Positions 13,731 through 28,629 of a stretch of DNA of 64,000 nt are shown piece after piece. The DNA is from the human T2T-CHM13v2.0 reference genome, Homo sapiens: assembly GCF_009914755.1 (NCBI RefSeq), contig NC_060939.1. One strand, given 5' to 3'. The notes under the pieces were generated by a model. It worked only from the letters and a program-made list of their open reading frames with translations, had not been told where the DNA came from and did no database searches. Position 1 is the first letter of the stretch; every line of letters begins with the position of its first letter. The translations under genes were made by a program, and so were the position numbers.

Positions 13731-14020
13731 GCTCAGGCCTGTAATCCCAGCAAATTTGGAGGCCAAGGCAAGGGGATCACAAGGTAAAGAGATCAAGACC
13801 ATCCTGGCCAATACAGTGAAAGGCTGTCACTACGAAAAATCCAAAAAATTAGCTAGGCATTGTGGCAGCTGGTGTAGTCCCAGTGTGGTGTAGTCCAAGC
13901 TACCTGGGAGGCTGAGGGAGGGCAATCGCTTGAACCCGTGAGGCAGATGTTGCAGTGAGCAAATTTGGTGCCATTGTACTCCACCCTGTGCAACAGGACA
14001 ACACTCTGTCTAAAAAAAAA
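13731..14020 (+). mobile_element. Alu remnant, unit 6
   Basis: Copy of the Alu with G variants at 13822 and 13834. Confidence 0.93.
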
Positions 14021-16162
14021 TTATATATGATATATGTTATATGTTATGTAATATGCTTTATATGTAATATATAAACTCATATATATTATATGTCATAATA
14101 TATAATAGTTATCCTGTGTCATATTATATATATTATATATTTCATAACATATATAATATATAATACATATTATACAACTTATATATGAAAATATGTAATT
14201 AGAGATAAAATAACATATAGTTATATATAATATGATATATAACATATATACTATATCATATATGATATATAATATATAATTTTTTATTGCATATTATAAT
14301 TCATATATATTATAATTTATATAATGATATAATTATTTATATAATATAAATAATTATACATGATTATATAATTATATATAATATAAATAATAATATATAT
14401 AATTACATATTCATATCGTTATATATAATAATACATTTCATATGTAATTATATATATCATATAATAGACAACACACCTAATATATAATATATAATATATA
14501 TTATACTATATAGGATACAAAAGATGTATGATATATAAGATATCATAATATAATATATATTTTAACATTATGTATGTAACATGTAATATGTGATATATAA
14601 AATAAATTATGTAATATAAAATAATATAATATAATATATACTATATTAAGGTATATTATGTAAAGTATGTAATAAAATTATAAGTAACATAATATATAGT
14701 TATATATATTATCTTATGTATTTACATAGAGTATTATACAGTTATATATAATTTTAAATTGTTATATATAATTTAATATAAAACAAATATAATATACATC
14801 ATAACATATATATTGTATACCATATATATATTATGTATCATATATTGTATGTTATATATCATATATTGTATATCATATATTATATGTTATATGTATCACA
14901 TTCCACATTTTGTATATTATAAATTATATACAATATATGACATATATTATATTATATATAATAAATTATACATTATATGTAACATAGTATATATTATATG
15001 TAACATGTATATTCTATGTATAATATATAATATATAACATATTACATATAATTAATAACATAGACATATAATATATATTTAATATATGTACTATATATAC
15101 AACGTATTATACATATACTATATAATATATATTATATATATGGCATAAAATATAATATATATTATATGTCATATTTTATATATACAATTATATATTATTA
15201 TATGTTATTTTATATTATCTATAACATAGATATAATATATATACCTATAATGTATATTACATATAACGTAGATATTATATATAATATATATAATGTATAT
15301 TATATATAACGTAGATATTATATATAATATATATAATGTATATTATATATTTAATACGTATATTAACCATATAATATATTCTATATATGATATATAATAT
15401 ATATTATATATGTCATAAAACATAATATATATTATATGTCATTGTATAAATATAATACTTATATATTATCAATTATTATATTACATTTAATATATATAAT
15501 ATAAGATGCAGGATGTGAGACAATATTATATATATGTTATTTATATTATATATATGATACTATATATTATTGTATACATAATGTGTATATATATTTGTGG
15601 GTGCCCTATTTCCCATCTCATAACTTGTTTTAAGAAGCGCAGCATAATAATGTGTGGGCTTGGGATTCAGTTTTTGAAACAAAACACTGAGCCTTCAATG
15701 ACCTTTCGGTCTATGTAGAAGCGCTCCTGTCTTCGTGGCAGCAGTTGGACCTCACAATGTGGATTGTGCCGTCACCCTGCAATGTTTATGCCCTATCGCC
15801 ATGGTGACGGGATTAGGGATCTCCTGCTCTTGGTCCTAAAGGCCACTGTCTGTGCTGTGTTTTTCAAAGGTCAGCACAGAGTGAACCTTTGTGGTTTTAT
15901 TTTCCCTGAGTTTGATTTTTCTCATGGGGAACCTGTGGTGCTGCTTTGAAGGTATATTCATACTGGCCTTTCAAATGCCAACTCTTCAAATTACTAGTTA
16001 ATGCTTTCAAAGTATGTTATTTCAAAAATTATCCTCCGTATTTTCCATATGCAGTTATAAATATGTTTCATGGTTATGTTTCATTCCTCAGTTTATATAT
16101 TTGATTATTGTACCAAGCAGAGTACCTTTGAAATTTTTTTCATCTAAAAAATATGTAAATTA

Positions 16163-16452
16163 GCTCAGGCCTGTAATCCCAGCAAATTTGGAGGCCAAGG
16201 CAAGGGGATCACAAGGTAAAGAGATCAAGACCATCCTGGCCAATACAGTGAAACGCTGTCACTACTAAAAATCCAAAAAATTAGCTAGGCATTGTGGCAG
16301 CTGGTGTAGTCCCAGTGTGGTGTAGTCCAAGCTACCTGGGAGGCTGAGGGAGGGCAATCGCTTGAACCCGTGAGGCAGATGTTGCAGTGAGCAAATTTGG
16401 TGCCATTGTACTCCACCCTGTGCAACAGGACAACACTCTGTCTAAAAAAAAA
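16163..16452 (+). mobile_element. Alu remnant, unit 7
   Basis: Copy of the 1548-1837 Alu. Confidence 0.93.
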
Positions 16453-18601
16453 TTATATATGATATATGTTATATGTTATGTAATATGCTTTATATGTAAT
16501 ATATAACCTCATATATATTATATGTCATAATATATAATAGTTATCCTGTGTCATATTATATATATTATATATTTCATAACATATATAATATATAATACAT
16601 ATTATACATCTTATATATGAAAATATGTAATTAGAGATAAAATAACATATAGTTATATATAATATGATATATAACATATATACTATATCATATATGATAT
16701 ATAATATATAATTTTTTATTGCATATTATAATATATATATGTTATAATTTATATAATGATATAATTATATATATAATATAAATAATTATACATGCTTATA
16801 TAATTATATATAATATAAATAATAATATATATAATTACATATTCATATCGTTATATATAATAATACATTTCATATGTAATTATATATATCATATAATAGA
16901 CAACACACCTAATATATAATATATAATATATATTATACAATATAGGATACAAAAGATGTATGATATATAAGATATCATAATATAATATATATTTTAACAT
17001 TATGTATGTAACATGTAATATGTGATATATAAAATAAATTATGTAATATAAAATAATATAATATAATATATACTATATTAAGGTATATTATGTAAAGTAT
17101 GTAATAAAATTATAAGTAACATAATATATAGTTATATATATTATCTTATGTATTTACATAGAGTATTATACAGTTATATATAATTTTAAATTGTTATATA
17201 TAATTTAATATAAAACAAATATAATATATATCATAACATATATATTGTATACCATATATATATTATGTATCATATATTGTATGTTATATATTATATATTC
17301 TATATCATATATCATATATTATATGTTATATATATCACATTCCACATTTTGTATATTATAAATTATATGCAATATATGACATGTATTATATTATATATAA
17401 TAAATTATACATTATATGTAACATAGTATATATTATATGTAACATGTATATTCTATGTAAAATATATAATATATAACATATTACATATAATTAATAACAT
17501 AGACATATAATATATATTTAACATATGTACTATATATACAACGTATTATACATATACTATATAATATATATTATATATATGGCATAAAATATAATATATA
17601 TTATATGTCATATTTTATATATACAATTATATATTATTATATGTTATTTTATATTATCTATAACATAGATATAATATATATACCTATAATGTATATTACA
17701 TATAATGTAGATATTATATATAATATATATAATGTATATTATATATAACGTAGATATTATATATAATATATATAATGTATATTATATATTTAATACGTAT
17801 ACTAACCATATAATATATTCTATATATGATATATAATATATATTATATATGTCATAAAATATAATATATATTATATGTCATTGTATAAATATAATACTTA
17901 TATATTATCAATTATTATATTACATTTAATATATATAATATAAGATGCAGGATGTGAAACAATATTATATATATGTTATTTATATTATATATATGATACT
18001 ATATATTATTGTATACATAATGTGTATATATATTTGTGGGTGCCCTATTTCCCATCTCATAACTTGTTTTAAGAAGCGCAGCATAATAATGTGTGGGCTT
18101 GGGATTCAGTTTTTGAAACAAAACACTGAGCCTTCAATGACCTTTCGGTCTATGTAGAAGCGCTCCTGTCTTCGTGGCAGCAGTTGGACCTCACAATGTG
18201 GATTGTGCCGTCACCCTGCAATGTTTATGCCCTATCGCCATGGTGACGGGATTAGGGATCTCCTGCTCTTGGTCCTAAAGGCCACTGTCTGTGCTGTGTT
18301 TTTCAAAGGTCAGCACAGAGTGAACCTTTGTGGTTTTATTTTCCCTGAGTTTGATTTTTCTCATGGGGAACCTGTGGTGCTGCTTTGAAGGTATATTCAA
18401 CTGGCCTTTCAAATGCCAACTCTTCAAATTACTAGTTAATGCTTTCAAAGTATGTTATTTCAAAAATTATCCTCCGTATTTTCCATATGCAGTTATAAAT
18501 ATGTTTCATGGTTATGTTTCATTCCTCAGTTTATATATTTGATTATTGTACCAAGCAGAGTACCTTTGAAATTTTTTTTCATCTAAAAAATATGTAAATT
18601 A

Positions 18602-18891
18602 GCTCAGGCCTGTAATCCCAGCAAATTTGGAGGCCAAGGCAAGGGGATCACAAGGTAAAGAGATCAAGACCATCCTGGCCAATACAGTGAAACGCTGTCA
18701 CTACTAAAAATCCAAAAAATTAGCTAGGCATTGTGGCAGCTGGTGTAGTCCCAGTGTGGTGTAGTCCAAGCTACCTGGGAGGCTGAGGGAGGGCAATCGC
18801 TTGAACCCGTGAGGCAGATGTTGCAGTGAGCAAATTTGGTGCCATTGTACTCCACCCTGTGCAACAGGACAACACTCTGTCTAAAAAAAAA
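18602..18891 (+). mobile_element. Alu remnant, unit 8
   Basis: Copy of the 1548-1837 Alu. Confidence 0.93.
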
Positions 18892-21034
18892 TTATATATG
18901 ATATATGTTATATGTTATGTAATATGCTTTATATGTAATATATAACCTCATCTATATTATATGTCATAATATATAATAGTTATCCTGTGTCATATTATAT
19001 ATATTATATATTTCATAACATATATAATATATAATACATATTATACAACTTATATATGAAAATATGTAATTAGAGATAAAATAACATATAGTTATATATA
19101 ATATGATATATAACATATATACTATATCATATATGATATATAATTTATAATTTTTTATTGCATATTATAATTCATATATATTATAATTTATATAATGATA
19201 TAATTATTTATATAATATAAATAATTATACATGATTATATAATTATATATAATATAAATAATAATATATATAATTACATATTCATATCGTTATATATAAT
19301 AATACATTTCATATGTAATTATATATATCATATAATAGACAACACACCTAATATATAATATATAATATATATTATACTATATAGGATACAAAAGATGTAT
19401 GATATATAAGATATCATAATATAATATATATTTTAACATTATGTATGTAACATGTAATATGTGATATATAAAATAAATTATGTAATATAAAATAATATAA
19501 TATAATATATACTATATTAAGGTATATTATGTAAAGTATGTAATAAAATTATAAGTAACATAATATATAGTTATATATATTATCTTATGTATTTACATAG
19601 AGTATTATACAGTTATATATAATTTTAAATTGTTATATATAATTTAATATAAAACAAATATAATATACATCATAACATATATATTGTATACCATATATAT
19701 ATTATGTATCATATATTGTATGTTATATATCATATATTGTATATCATATATTATATGTTATATGTATCACATTCCACATTTTGTATATTATAAATTATAT
19801 ACAATATATGACATATATTATATTATATATAATAAATTATACATTATATGTAACATAGTATATATTATATGTAACATGTATATTCTATGTAAAATATATA
19901 ATATATAACATATTACATATAATTAATAACATAGACATATAATATATATTTAATATATGTACTATATATACAACGTATTATACATATACTATATAATATA
20001 TATTATATATATGGCATAAAATATAATATATATTATATGTCATATTTTATATATACAATTATATATTATTATATGTTATTTTATATTATCTATAACATAG
20101 ATATAATATATATACCTATAATGTATATTACATATAACGTAGATATTATATATAATATATATAATGTATATTATATATAACATAGATATTATATATAATA
20201 TATATAATGTATATTATATATTTAATACGTATATTAACCATATAATATATTCTATATATGATATATAATATATATTATATATGTCATAAAACATAATATA
20301 TATTATATGTCATTGTATAAATATAATACTTATATATTATCAATTATTATATTACATTTAATATATATAATATAAGATGCAGGATGTGAGACAATATTAT
20401 GTATATGTTATTTATATTATATATATGATACTATATATTATTGTATACATAATGTGTATATATATTTGTGGGTGCCCTATTTCCCATCTCATAACTTGTT
20501 TTAAGAAGCGCAGCATAATAATGTGTGGGCTTGGGATTCAGTTTTTGAAACAAAACACTGAGCCTTCAATGACCTTTCGGTCTATGTAGAAGCGCTCCTG
20601 TCTTCGTGGCAGCAGTTGGACCTCACAATGTGGATTGTGCCGTCACCCTGCAATGTTTATGCCCTATCGCCATGGTGACGGGATTAGGGATCTCCTGCTC
20701 TTGGTCCTAAAGGCCACTGTCTGTGCTGTGTTTTTCAAAGGTCAGCACAGAGTGAACCTTTGTGGTTTTATTTTCCCTGAGTTTGATTTTTCTCATGGGG
20801 AACCTGTGGTGCTGCTTTGAAGGTATATTCATACTGGCCTTTCAAATGCCAACTCTTCAAATTACTAGTTAATGCTTTCAAAGTATGTTATTTCAAAAAT
20901 TATCCTCCGTATTTTCCATATGCAGTTATAAATATGTTTCATGGTTATGTTTCATTCCTCAGTTTATATATTTCATTATTGTACCAAGCAGAGTACCTTT
21001 GAAATTTTTTTTCATCTAAAAAATATGTAAATTA

Positions 21035-21323
21035 GCTCAGGCCTGTAATCCCAGCAAATTTGGAGGCCAAGGCAAGGGGATCACAAGGTAAAGAGATCAA
21101 GACCATCCTGGCCAATACAGTGAAACGCTGTCACTACTAAAAATCCAAAAAATTAGCTAGGCATTGTGGCAGCTGGTGTATCCCAGTGTGGTGTAGTCCA
21201 AGCTACCTGGGAGGCTGAGGGAGGGCAATCGCTTGAACCCGTGAGGCAGATGTTGCAGTGAGCAAATTTGGTGCCATTGTACTCCACCCTGTGCAACAGG
21301 ACAACACTCTGTCTAAAAAAAAA
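21035..21323 (+). mobile_element. Alu remnant, unit 9
   Basis: Copy of the Alu with the same 1-bp deletion as unit 5 (near 21180). Confidence 0.93.
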
Positions 21324-23473
21324 TTATATATGATATATGTTATATGTTATGTAATATGCTTTATATGTAATATATAACCTCATATATATTATATGTCATA
21401 ATATATAATAGTTATCCTGTGTCATATTATATATATTATATATTTCATAACATATATAATATATAATACATATTATACATCTTATATATGAAAATATGTA
21501 ATTAGAGATAAAATAACATATAGTTATATATAATATGATATATAACATATATACTATATCATATATGATATATAATATATAATTTTTTATTGCATATTAT
21601 AATTCATATATATTATAATTTATATAATGATATAATTATTTATATAATATAAATAATTATACATGCTTATATAATTATATATAATATAAATAATAATATA
21701 TATAATTACATATTCATATCGTTATATATAATAATACATTTCATATGTAATTATATATATCATATAATAGAAAACACACCTAATATATAATATATAATAT
21801 ATATTATACAATATAGGATACAAAAGATGTATGATATATAAGATATCATAATATAATATATATTTTAACATTATGTATGTAACATGTAATATGTGATATA
21901 TAAAATAAATTATGTAATATAAAATAATATAATATAATATATACTATATTAAGGTATATTATGTAAAGTATGTAATAAAATTATAAGTAACATAATATAT
22001 AGTTATATATATTATCTTATGTATTTACATAGAGTATTATACAGTTATATATAATTTTAAATTGTTATATATAATTTAATATAAAACAAATATAATATAT
22101 ATCATAACATATATATTGTATACCATATATATATTATGTATCATATATTGTATGTTATATATTATATATTCTATATCATATATCATATATTATATGTTAT
22201 ATATATCACATTCCACATTTTGTATATTATAAATTATATACAATATATGACATGTATTATATTATATATAATAAATTATACATTATATGTAACATAGTAT
22301 ATATTATATGTAACATGTATATTCTATGTAAAATATATACTATATAACATATTACATATAATTAATAACATAGACATATAATATATATTTAACATATGTA
22401 CTATATATACAACGTATTATACATATACTATATAATATATATTATATATATGGCATAAAATATAATATATATTACATGTCATATTTTATATATACAATTA
22501 TATATTATTATATGTTATTTTATATTATCTATAACATAGATATAATATATATACCTATAATGTATATTACATATAACGTAGATATTATATATAATATATA
22601 TAATGTATATTATATATAACGTAGATATTATATATAATATATATAATGTATATTATATATTTAATACGTATATTAACCATATAATATATTCTATATATGA
22701 TATATAATATATATTATATATGTCATAAAATATAATATATATTATATGTCATTGTATAAATATAATACTTATATATTATCAATTATTATATTACATTTAA
22801 TATATATAATATAAGATGCAGGATGTGAAACAATATTATATATATGTTATTTATATTATATATATGATACTATATATTATTGTATACATAATGTGTATAT
22901 ATATTTGTGGGTGCCCTATTTCCCATCTCATAACTTGTTTTAAGAAGCGCAGCATAATAATGTGTGGGCTTGGGATTCAGTTTTTGAAACAAAACACTGA
23001 GCCTTCAATGACCTTTCGGTCTATGTAGAAGCGCTCCTGTCTTCGTGGCAGCAGTTGGACCTCACAATGTGGATTGTGCCGTCACCCTGCAATGTTTATG
23101 CCCTATCGCCATGGTGACGGGATTAGGGATCTCCTGCTCTTGGTCCTAAAGGCCACTGTCTGTGCTGTGTTTTTCAAAGGTCAGCACAGAGTGAACCTTT
23201 GTGGTTTTATTTTCCCTGAGTTTGATTTTTCTCATGGGGAACCTGTGGTGCTGCTTTGAAGGTATATTCATACTGGCCTTTCAAATGCCAACTCTTCAAA
23301 TTACTAGTTAATGCTTTCAAAGTATGTTATTTCAAAAATTATCCTCCGTATTTTCCATATGCAGTTATAAATATGTTTCATGGTTATGTTTCATTCCTCA
23401 GTTTATATATTTGATTATTGTACCAAGCAGAGTACCTTTGAAATTTTTTTTCATCTAAAAAATATGTAAATTA

Positions 23474-23763
23474 GCTCAGGCCTGTAATCCCAGCAAATTT
23501 GGAGGCCAAGGCAAGGGGATCACAAGGTAAAGAGATCAAGACCATCCTGGCCAATACAGTGAAACGCTGTCACTACGAAAAATCCAAAAAATTAGCTAGG
23601 CATTGTGGCAGCTGGTGTAGTCCCAGTGTGGTGTAGTCCAAGCTACCTGGGAGGCTGAGGGAGGGCAATCGCTTGAACCCGTGAGGCAGATGTTGCAGTG
23701 AGCAAATTTGGTGCCATTGTACTCCACCCTGTGCAACAGGACAACACTCTGTCTAAAAAAAAA
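23474..23763 (+). mobile_element. Alu remnant, unit 10
   Basis: Copy of the Alu with the TACGAAAA variant at 23577. Confidence 0.93.
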
Positions 23764-25904
23764 TTATATATGATATATGTTATATGTTATGTAATATGCT
23801 TTATATGTAATATATAACCTCATATATATTATATGTCATAATATGCAATAGTTATCCTGTGTCATATTATATATATTATATATTTCATAACATATATAAT
23901 ATATAATACATATTATACATCTTATATATGAAAATATGTAATTAGAGATAAAATAACATATAGTTATATATAATATGATATATAACATATATACTATATC
24001 ATATATGATATATAATATATAATTTTTTATTGCATATTATAATTCATATATATTATAATTTATATAATGATATAATTATTTATATAATATAAATAATTAT
24101 ACATGATTATATAATTATATATAATATAAATAATAATATATATAATTACATATTCATATCGTTATATATAATAATACATTTCATATGTAATTATATATAT
24201 CATATAATAGACAACACACCTAATATATAATATATAATATATATTATACAATATAGGATACAAAAGATGTATGATATATAAGATATCATAATATAATATA
24301 TATTTTAACATTATGTATGTAACATGTAATATGTGATATATAAAATAAATTATGTAATATAAAATAATATAATATAATATATACTATATTAAGGTATATT
24401 ATATAAAGTATGTAATAAAATTATAAGTAACATAATATATAGTTATATATATTATCTTATGTATTTACATAGAGTATTATACAGTTATATATAATTTTAA
24501 ATTGTTATATATAATTTAATATAAAACAAATATAATATATATCATAACATATATATTGTATACCATATATATTATGTATCATATATTGTATGTTATATAT
24601 TATATATTCTATATCATATATCATATATTATATGTTATATATATCACATTCCACATTTTGTATATTATAAATTATATACAATATATGACATATATTATAT
24701 TATATATAATAAATTATACATTATATGTAACATAGTATATATTATATGTAACATGTATATTCTATGTAAAATATATAATATATAACATATTACATATAAT
24801 TAATAACATAGACATATAATATATATTTAACATATGTACTATATATACAACGTATTATACATATACTATATAATATATATATGGCATAAAATATAATATA
24901 TATTATATGTCATATTTTATATATACAATTATATATTATTATATGTTATTTTATATTATCTATAACATAGATATAATATATATACCTATAATGTATATTA
25001 CATATAACGTAGATATTATATATAATATATATAATGTATATTATATATAACGTAGATATTATATATAATATATATAATGTATATTATATATTTAATACGT
25101 ATATTAACCATATAATATATTCTATATATGATATATAATATATATTATATATGTCATAAAATATAATATATATTATATGTCATTGTATAAATATAATACT
25201 TATATATTATCAATTATTATATTACATTTAATATATATAATATAAGATGCAGGATGTGAAACAATATTATATATATGTTATTTATATTATATATATGATA
25301 CTATATATTATTGTATACATAATGTGTATATATATTTGTGGGTGCCCTATTTCCCATCTCATAACTTGTTTTAAGAAGCGCAGCATAATAATGTGTGGGC
25401 TTGGGATTCAGTTTTTGAAACAAAACACTGAGCCTTCAATGACCTTTCGGTCTATGTAGAAGCGCTCCTGTCTTCGTGGCAGCAGTTGGACCTCACAATG
25501 TGGATTGTGCCGTCACCCTGCAATGTTTATGCCCTATCGCCATGGTGACGGGATTAGGGATCTCCTGCTCTTGGTCCTAAAGGCCACTGTCTGTGCTGTG
25601 TTTCTCAAAGGTCAGCACAGAGTGAACCTTTGTGGTTTTATTTTCCCTGAGTTTGATTTTTCTCATGGGGAACCTGTGGTGCTGCTTTGAAGGTATATTC
25701 ATACTGGCCTTTCAAATGCCAACTCTTCAAATTACTAGTTAATGCTTTCAAAGTATGTTATTTCAAAAATTATCCTCCGTATTTTCCATATGCAGTTATA
25801 AATATGTTTCATGGTTATGTTTCATTCCTCAGTTTATATATTTGATTATTGTACCAAGCAGAGTACCTTTGAAATTTTTTTTCATCTAAAAAATATGTAA
25901 ATTA

Positions 25905-26194
25905 GCTCAGGCCTGTAATCCCAGCAAATTTGGAGGCCAAGGCAAGGGGATCACAAGGTAAAGAGATCAAGACCATCCTGGCCAATACAGTGAAACGCTG
26001 TCACTACTAAAAATCCAAAAAATTAGCTAGGCATTGTGGCAGCTGGTGTAGTCCCAGTGTGGTGTAGTCCAAGCTACCTGGGAGGCTGAGGGAGGGCAAT
26101 CGCTTGAACCCGTGAGGCAGATGTTGCAGTGAGCAAATTTGGTGCCATTGTACTCCACCCTGTGCAACAGGACAACACTCTGTCTAAAAAAAAA
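25905..26194 (+). mobile_element. Alu remnant, unit 11
   Basis: Copy of the 1548-1837 Alu. Confidence 0.93.
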
Positions 26195-28340
26195 TTATAT
26201 ATGATATATGTTATATGTTATGTAATATGCTTTATATGTAATATATAACCTCATATATATTATATGTCATAATATATAATAGTTATCCTGTGTCATATTA
26301 TATATATTATATATTTCATAACATATATAATATATAATACATATTATACATCTTATATATGAAAATATGTAATTAGAGATAAAATAACATATAGTTATAT
26401 ATAATATGATATATAACATATATACTATATCATATATGATATATAATATATTTTTATTACATATTATAATTCATATATATTATAATTTATATAATGATAT
26501 AATTATTTATATAATATAAATAATTATACATAATTATATAATTATATATAATATAAATAATAATATATATAATTACATATTCATATCGTTATATATAATA
26601 ATACATTTCATATGTAATTATATATATCATATAATAGACAACACACCTAATATATAATATATAATATATATTATACAATATAGGATACAAAAGATGTATG
26701 ATATATAAGATATCATAATATAATATATATTTTAACATTATGTATGTAACATGTAATATGTGATATATAAAATAAATTATGTAATATAAAATAATATAAT
26801 ATAATATATACTATATTAAGGTATATTATGTAAAGTATGTAATAAAATTATAAGTAACATAATATATAGTTATATATATTATCTTATGTATTTACATAGA
26901 GTATTATACAGTTATATATAATTTTAAATTGTTATATATAATTTAATATAAAACAAATATAATATATATCATAACATATATATTGTATACCATATATATA
27001 TTATGTATCATGTATTGTATGTTATATACTATATATTCTATATCATATATCATATATTATATGTTATATATATCACATTCCACATTTTGTATATTATAAA
27101 TTATATACAATATATGACATATATTATATTATATATAATAAATTATACATTATATGTAACATAGTATATATTATATGTAACATGTATATTCTATGTAAAA
27201 TATATAATATATAACATATTACATATAATTAATAACATAGACATATAATATATATTTAACATATGTACTATATATACAACGTATTATACATATACTATAT
27301 AATATATATTATATATATGGCATAAAATATAATATATATTATATGTCATATTTTATATATACAATTATATATTATTATATGTTATTTTATATTATCTATA
27401 ACATAGATATAATATATATACCTATAATGTATATTACATATAACGTAGATATTATATATAATATATATAATGTATATTATATATAACGTAGATATTATAT
27501 ATAATATATATAATTTATATTATATATTTAATACGTATATTAACCATATAATATATTCTATATATGATATATAATATATATTATATATGTCATAAAATAT
27601 AATATATATTATATGTCATTGTATAAATATAATACTTATATATTATCAATTATTATATTACATTTAATATATATAATATAAGATGCAGGATGTGAAACAA
27701 TATTATATATATGTTATTTATATTATATATATGATACTATATATTATTGTATACATAATGTGTATATATATTTGTGGGTGCCCTATTTCCCATCTCATAA
27801 CTTGTTTTAAGAAGCGCAGCATAATAATGTGTGGGCTTGGGATTCAGTTTTTGAAACAAAACACTGAGCCTTCAATGACCTTTCGGTCTATGTAGAAGCG
27901 CTCCTGTCTTCGTGGCAGCAGTTGGACCTCACAATGTGGATTGTGCCGTCACCCTGCAATGTTTATGCCCTATCGCCATGGTGACGGGATTAGGGATCTC
28001 CTGCTCTTGGTCCTAAAGGCCACTGTCTGTGCTGTGTTTTTCAAAGGTCAGCACAGAGTGAACCTTTGTGGTTTTATTTTCCCTGAGTTTGATTTTTCTC
28101 ATGGGGAACCTGTGGTGCTGCTTTGAAGGTATATTCATACTGGCCTTTCAAATGCCAACTCTTCAAATTACTAGTTAATGCTTTCAAAGTATGTTATTTC
28201 AAAAATTATCCTCCGTATTTTCCATATGCAGTTATAAATATGTTTCATGGTTATGTTTCATTCCTCAGTTTATATATTTGATTATTGTACCAAGCAGAGT
28301 ACCTTTGAAATTTTTTTTCATCTAAAAAATATGTAAATTA

Positions 28341-28629
28341 GCTCAGGCCTGTAATCCCAGCAAATTTGGAGGCCAAGGCAAGGGGATCACAAGGTAAAGA
28401 GATCAAGACCATCCTGGCCAATACAGTGAAACGCTGTCACTACTAAAAATCCAAAAAATTAGCTAGGCATTGTGGCAGCTGGTGTAGTCCCAGTGTGGTG
28501 TAGTCCAAGCTACCTGGGAGGCTGAGGGAGGGCAATCGCTTGAACCCGTGAGGCAGATGTTGCAGTGAGCAAATTTGGTGCCATTGTACTCCACCCTGTG
28601 CAACAGGACAACACTCTGTCAAAAAAAAA
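28341..28629 (+). mobile_element. Alu remnant, unit 12
   Basis: Copy of the Alu lacking the T before the A tail. Confidence 0.93.

Larger units (their letters stand above)
4332..23577 (+). repeat. Higher-order tandem duplication of four units, period 9,743 bp (two copies)
   Basis: Anchors recur at exactly +9743 (3330/13073/22816, 5763/15506, 8202/17945, 10634/20377), as do variant-dependent ORFs (5070/14813, 8587/18330, 9941/19684, 11074/20817). Confidence 0.9.
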
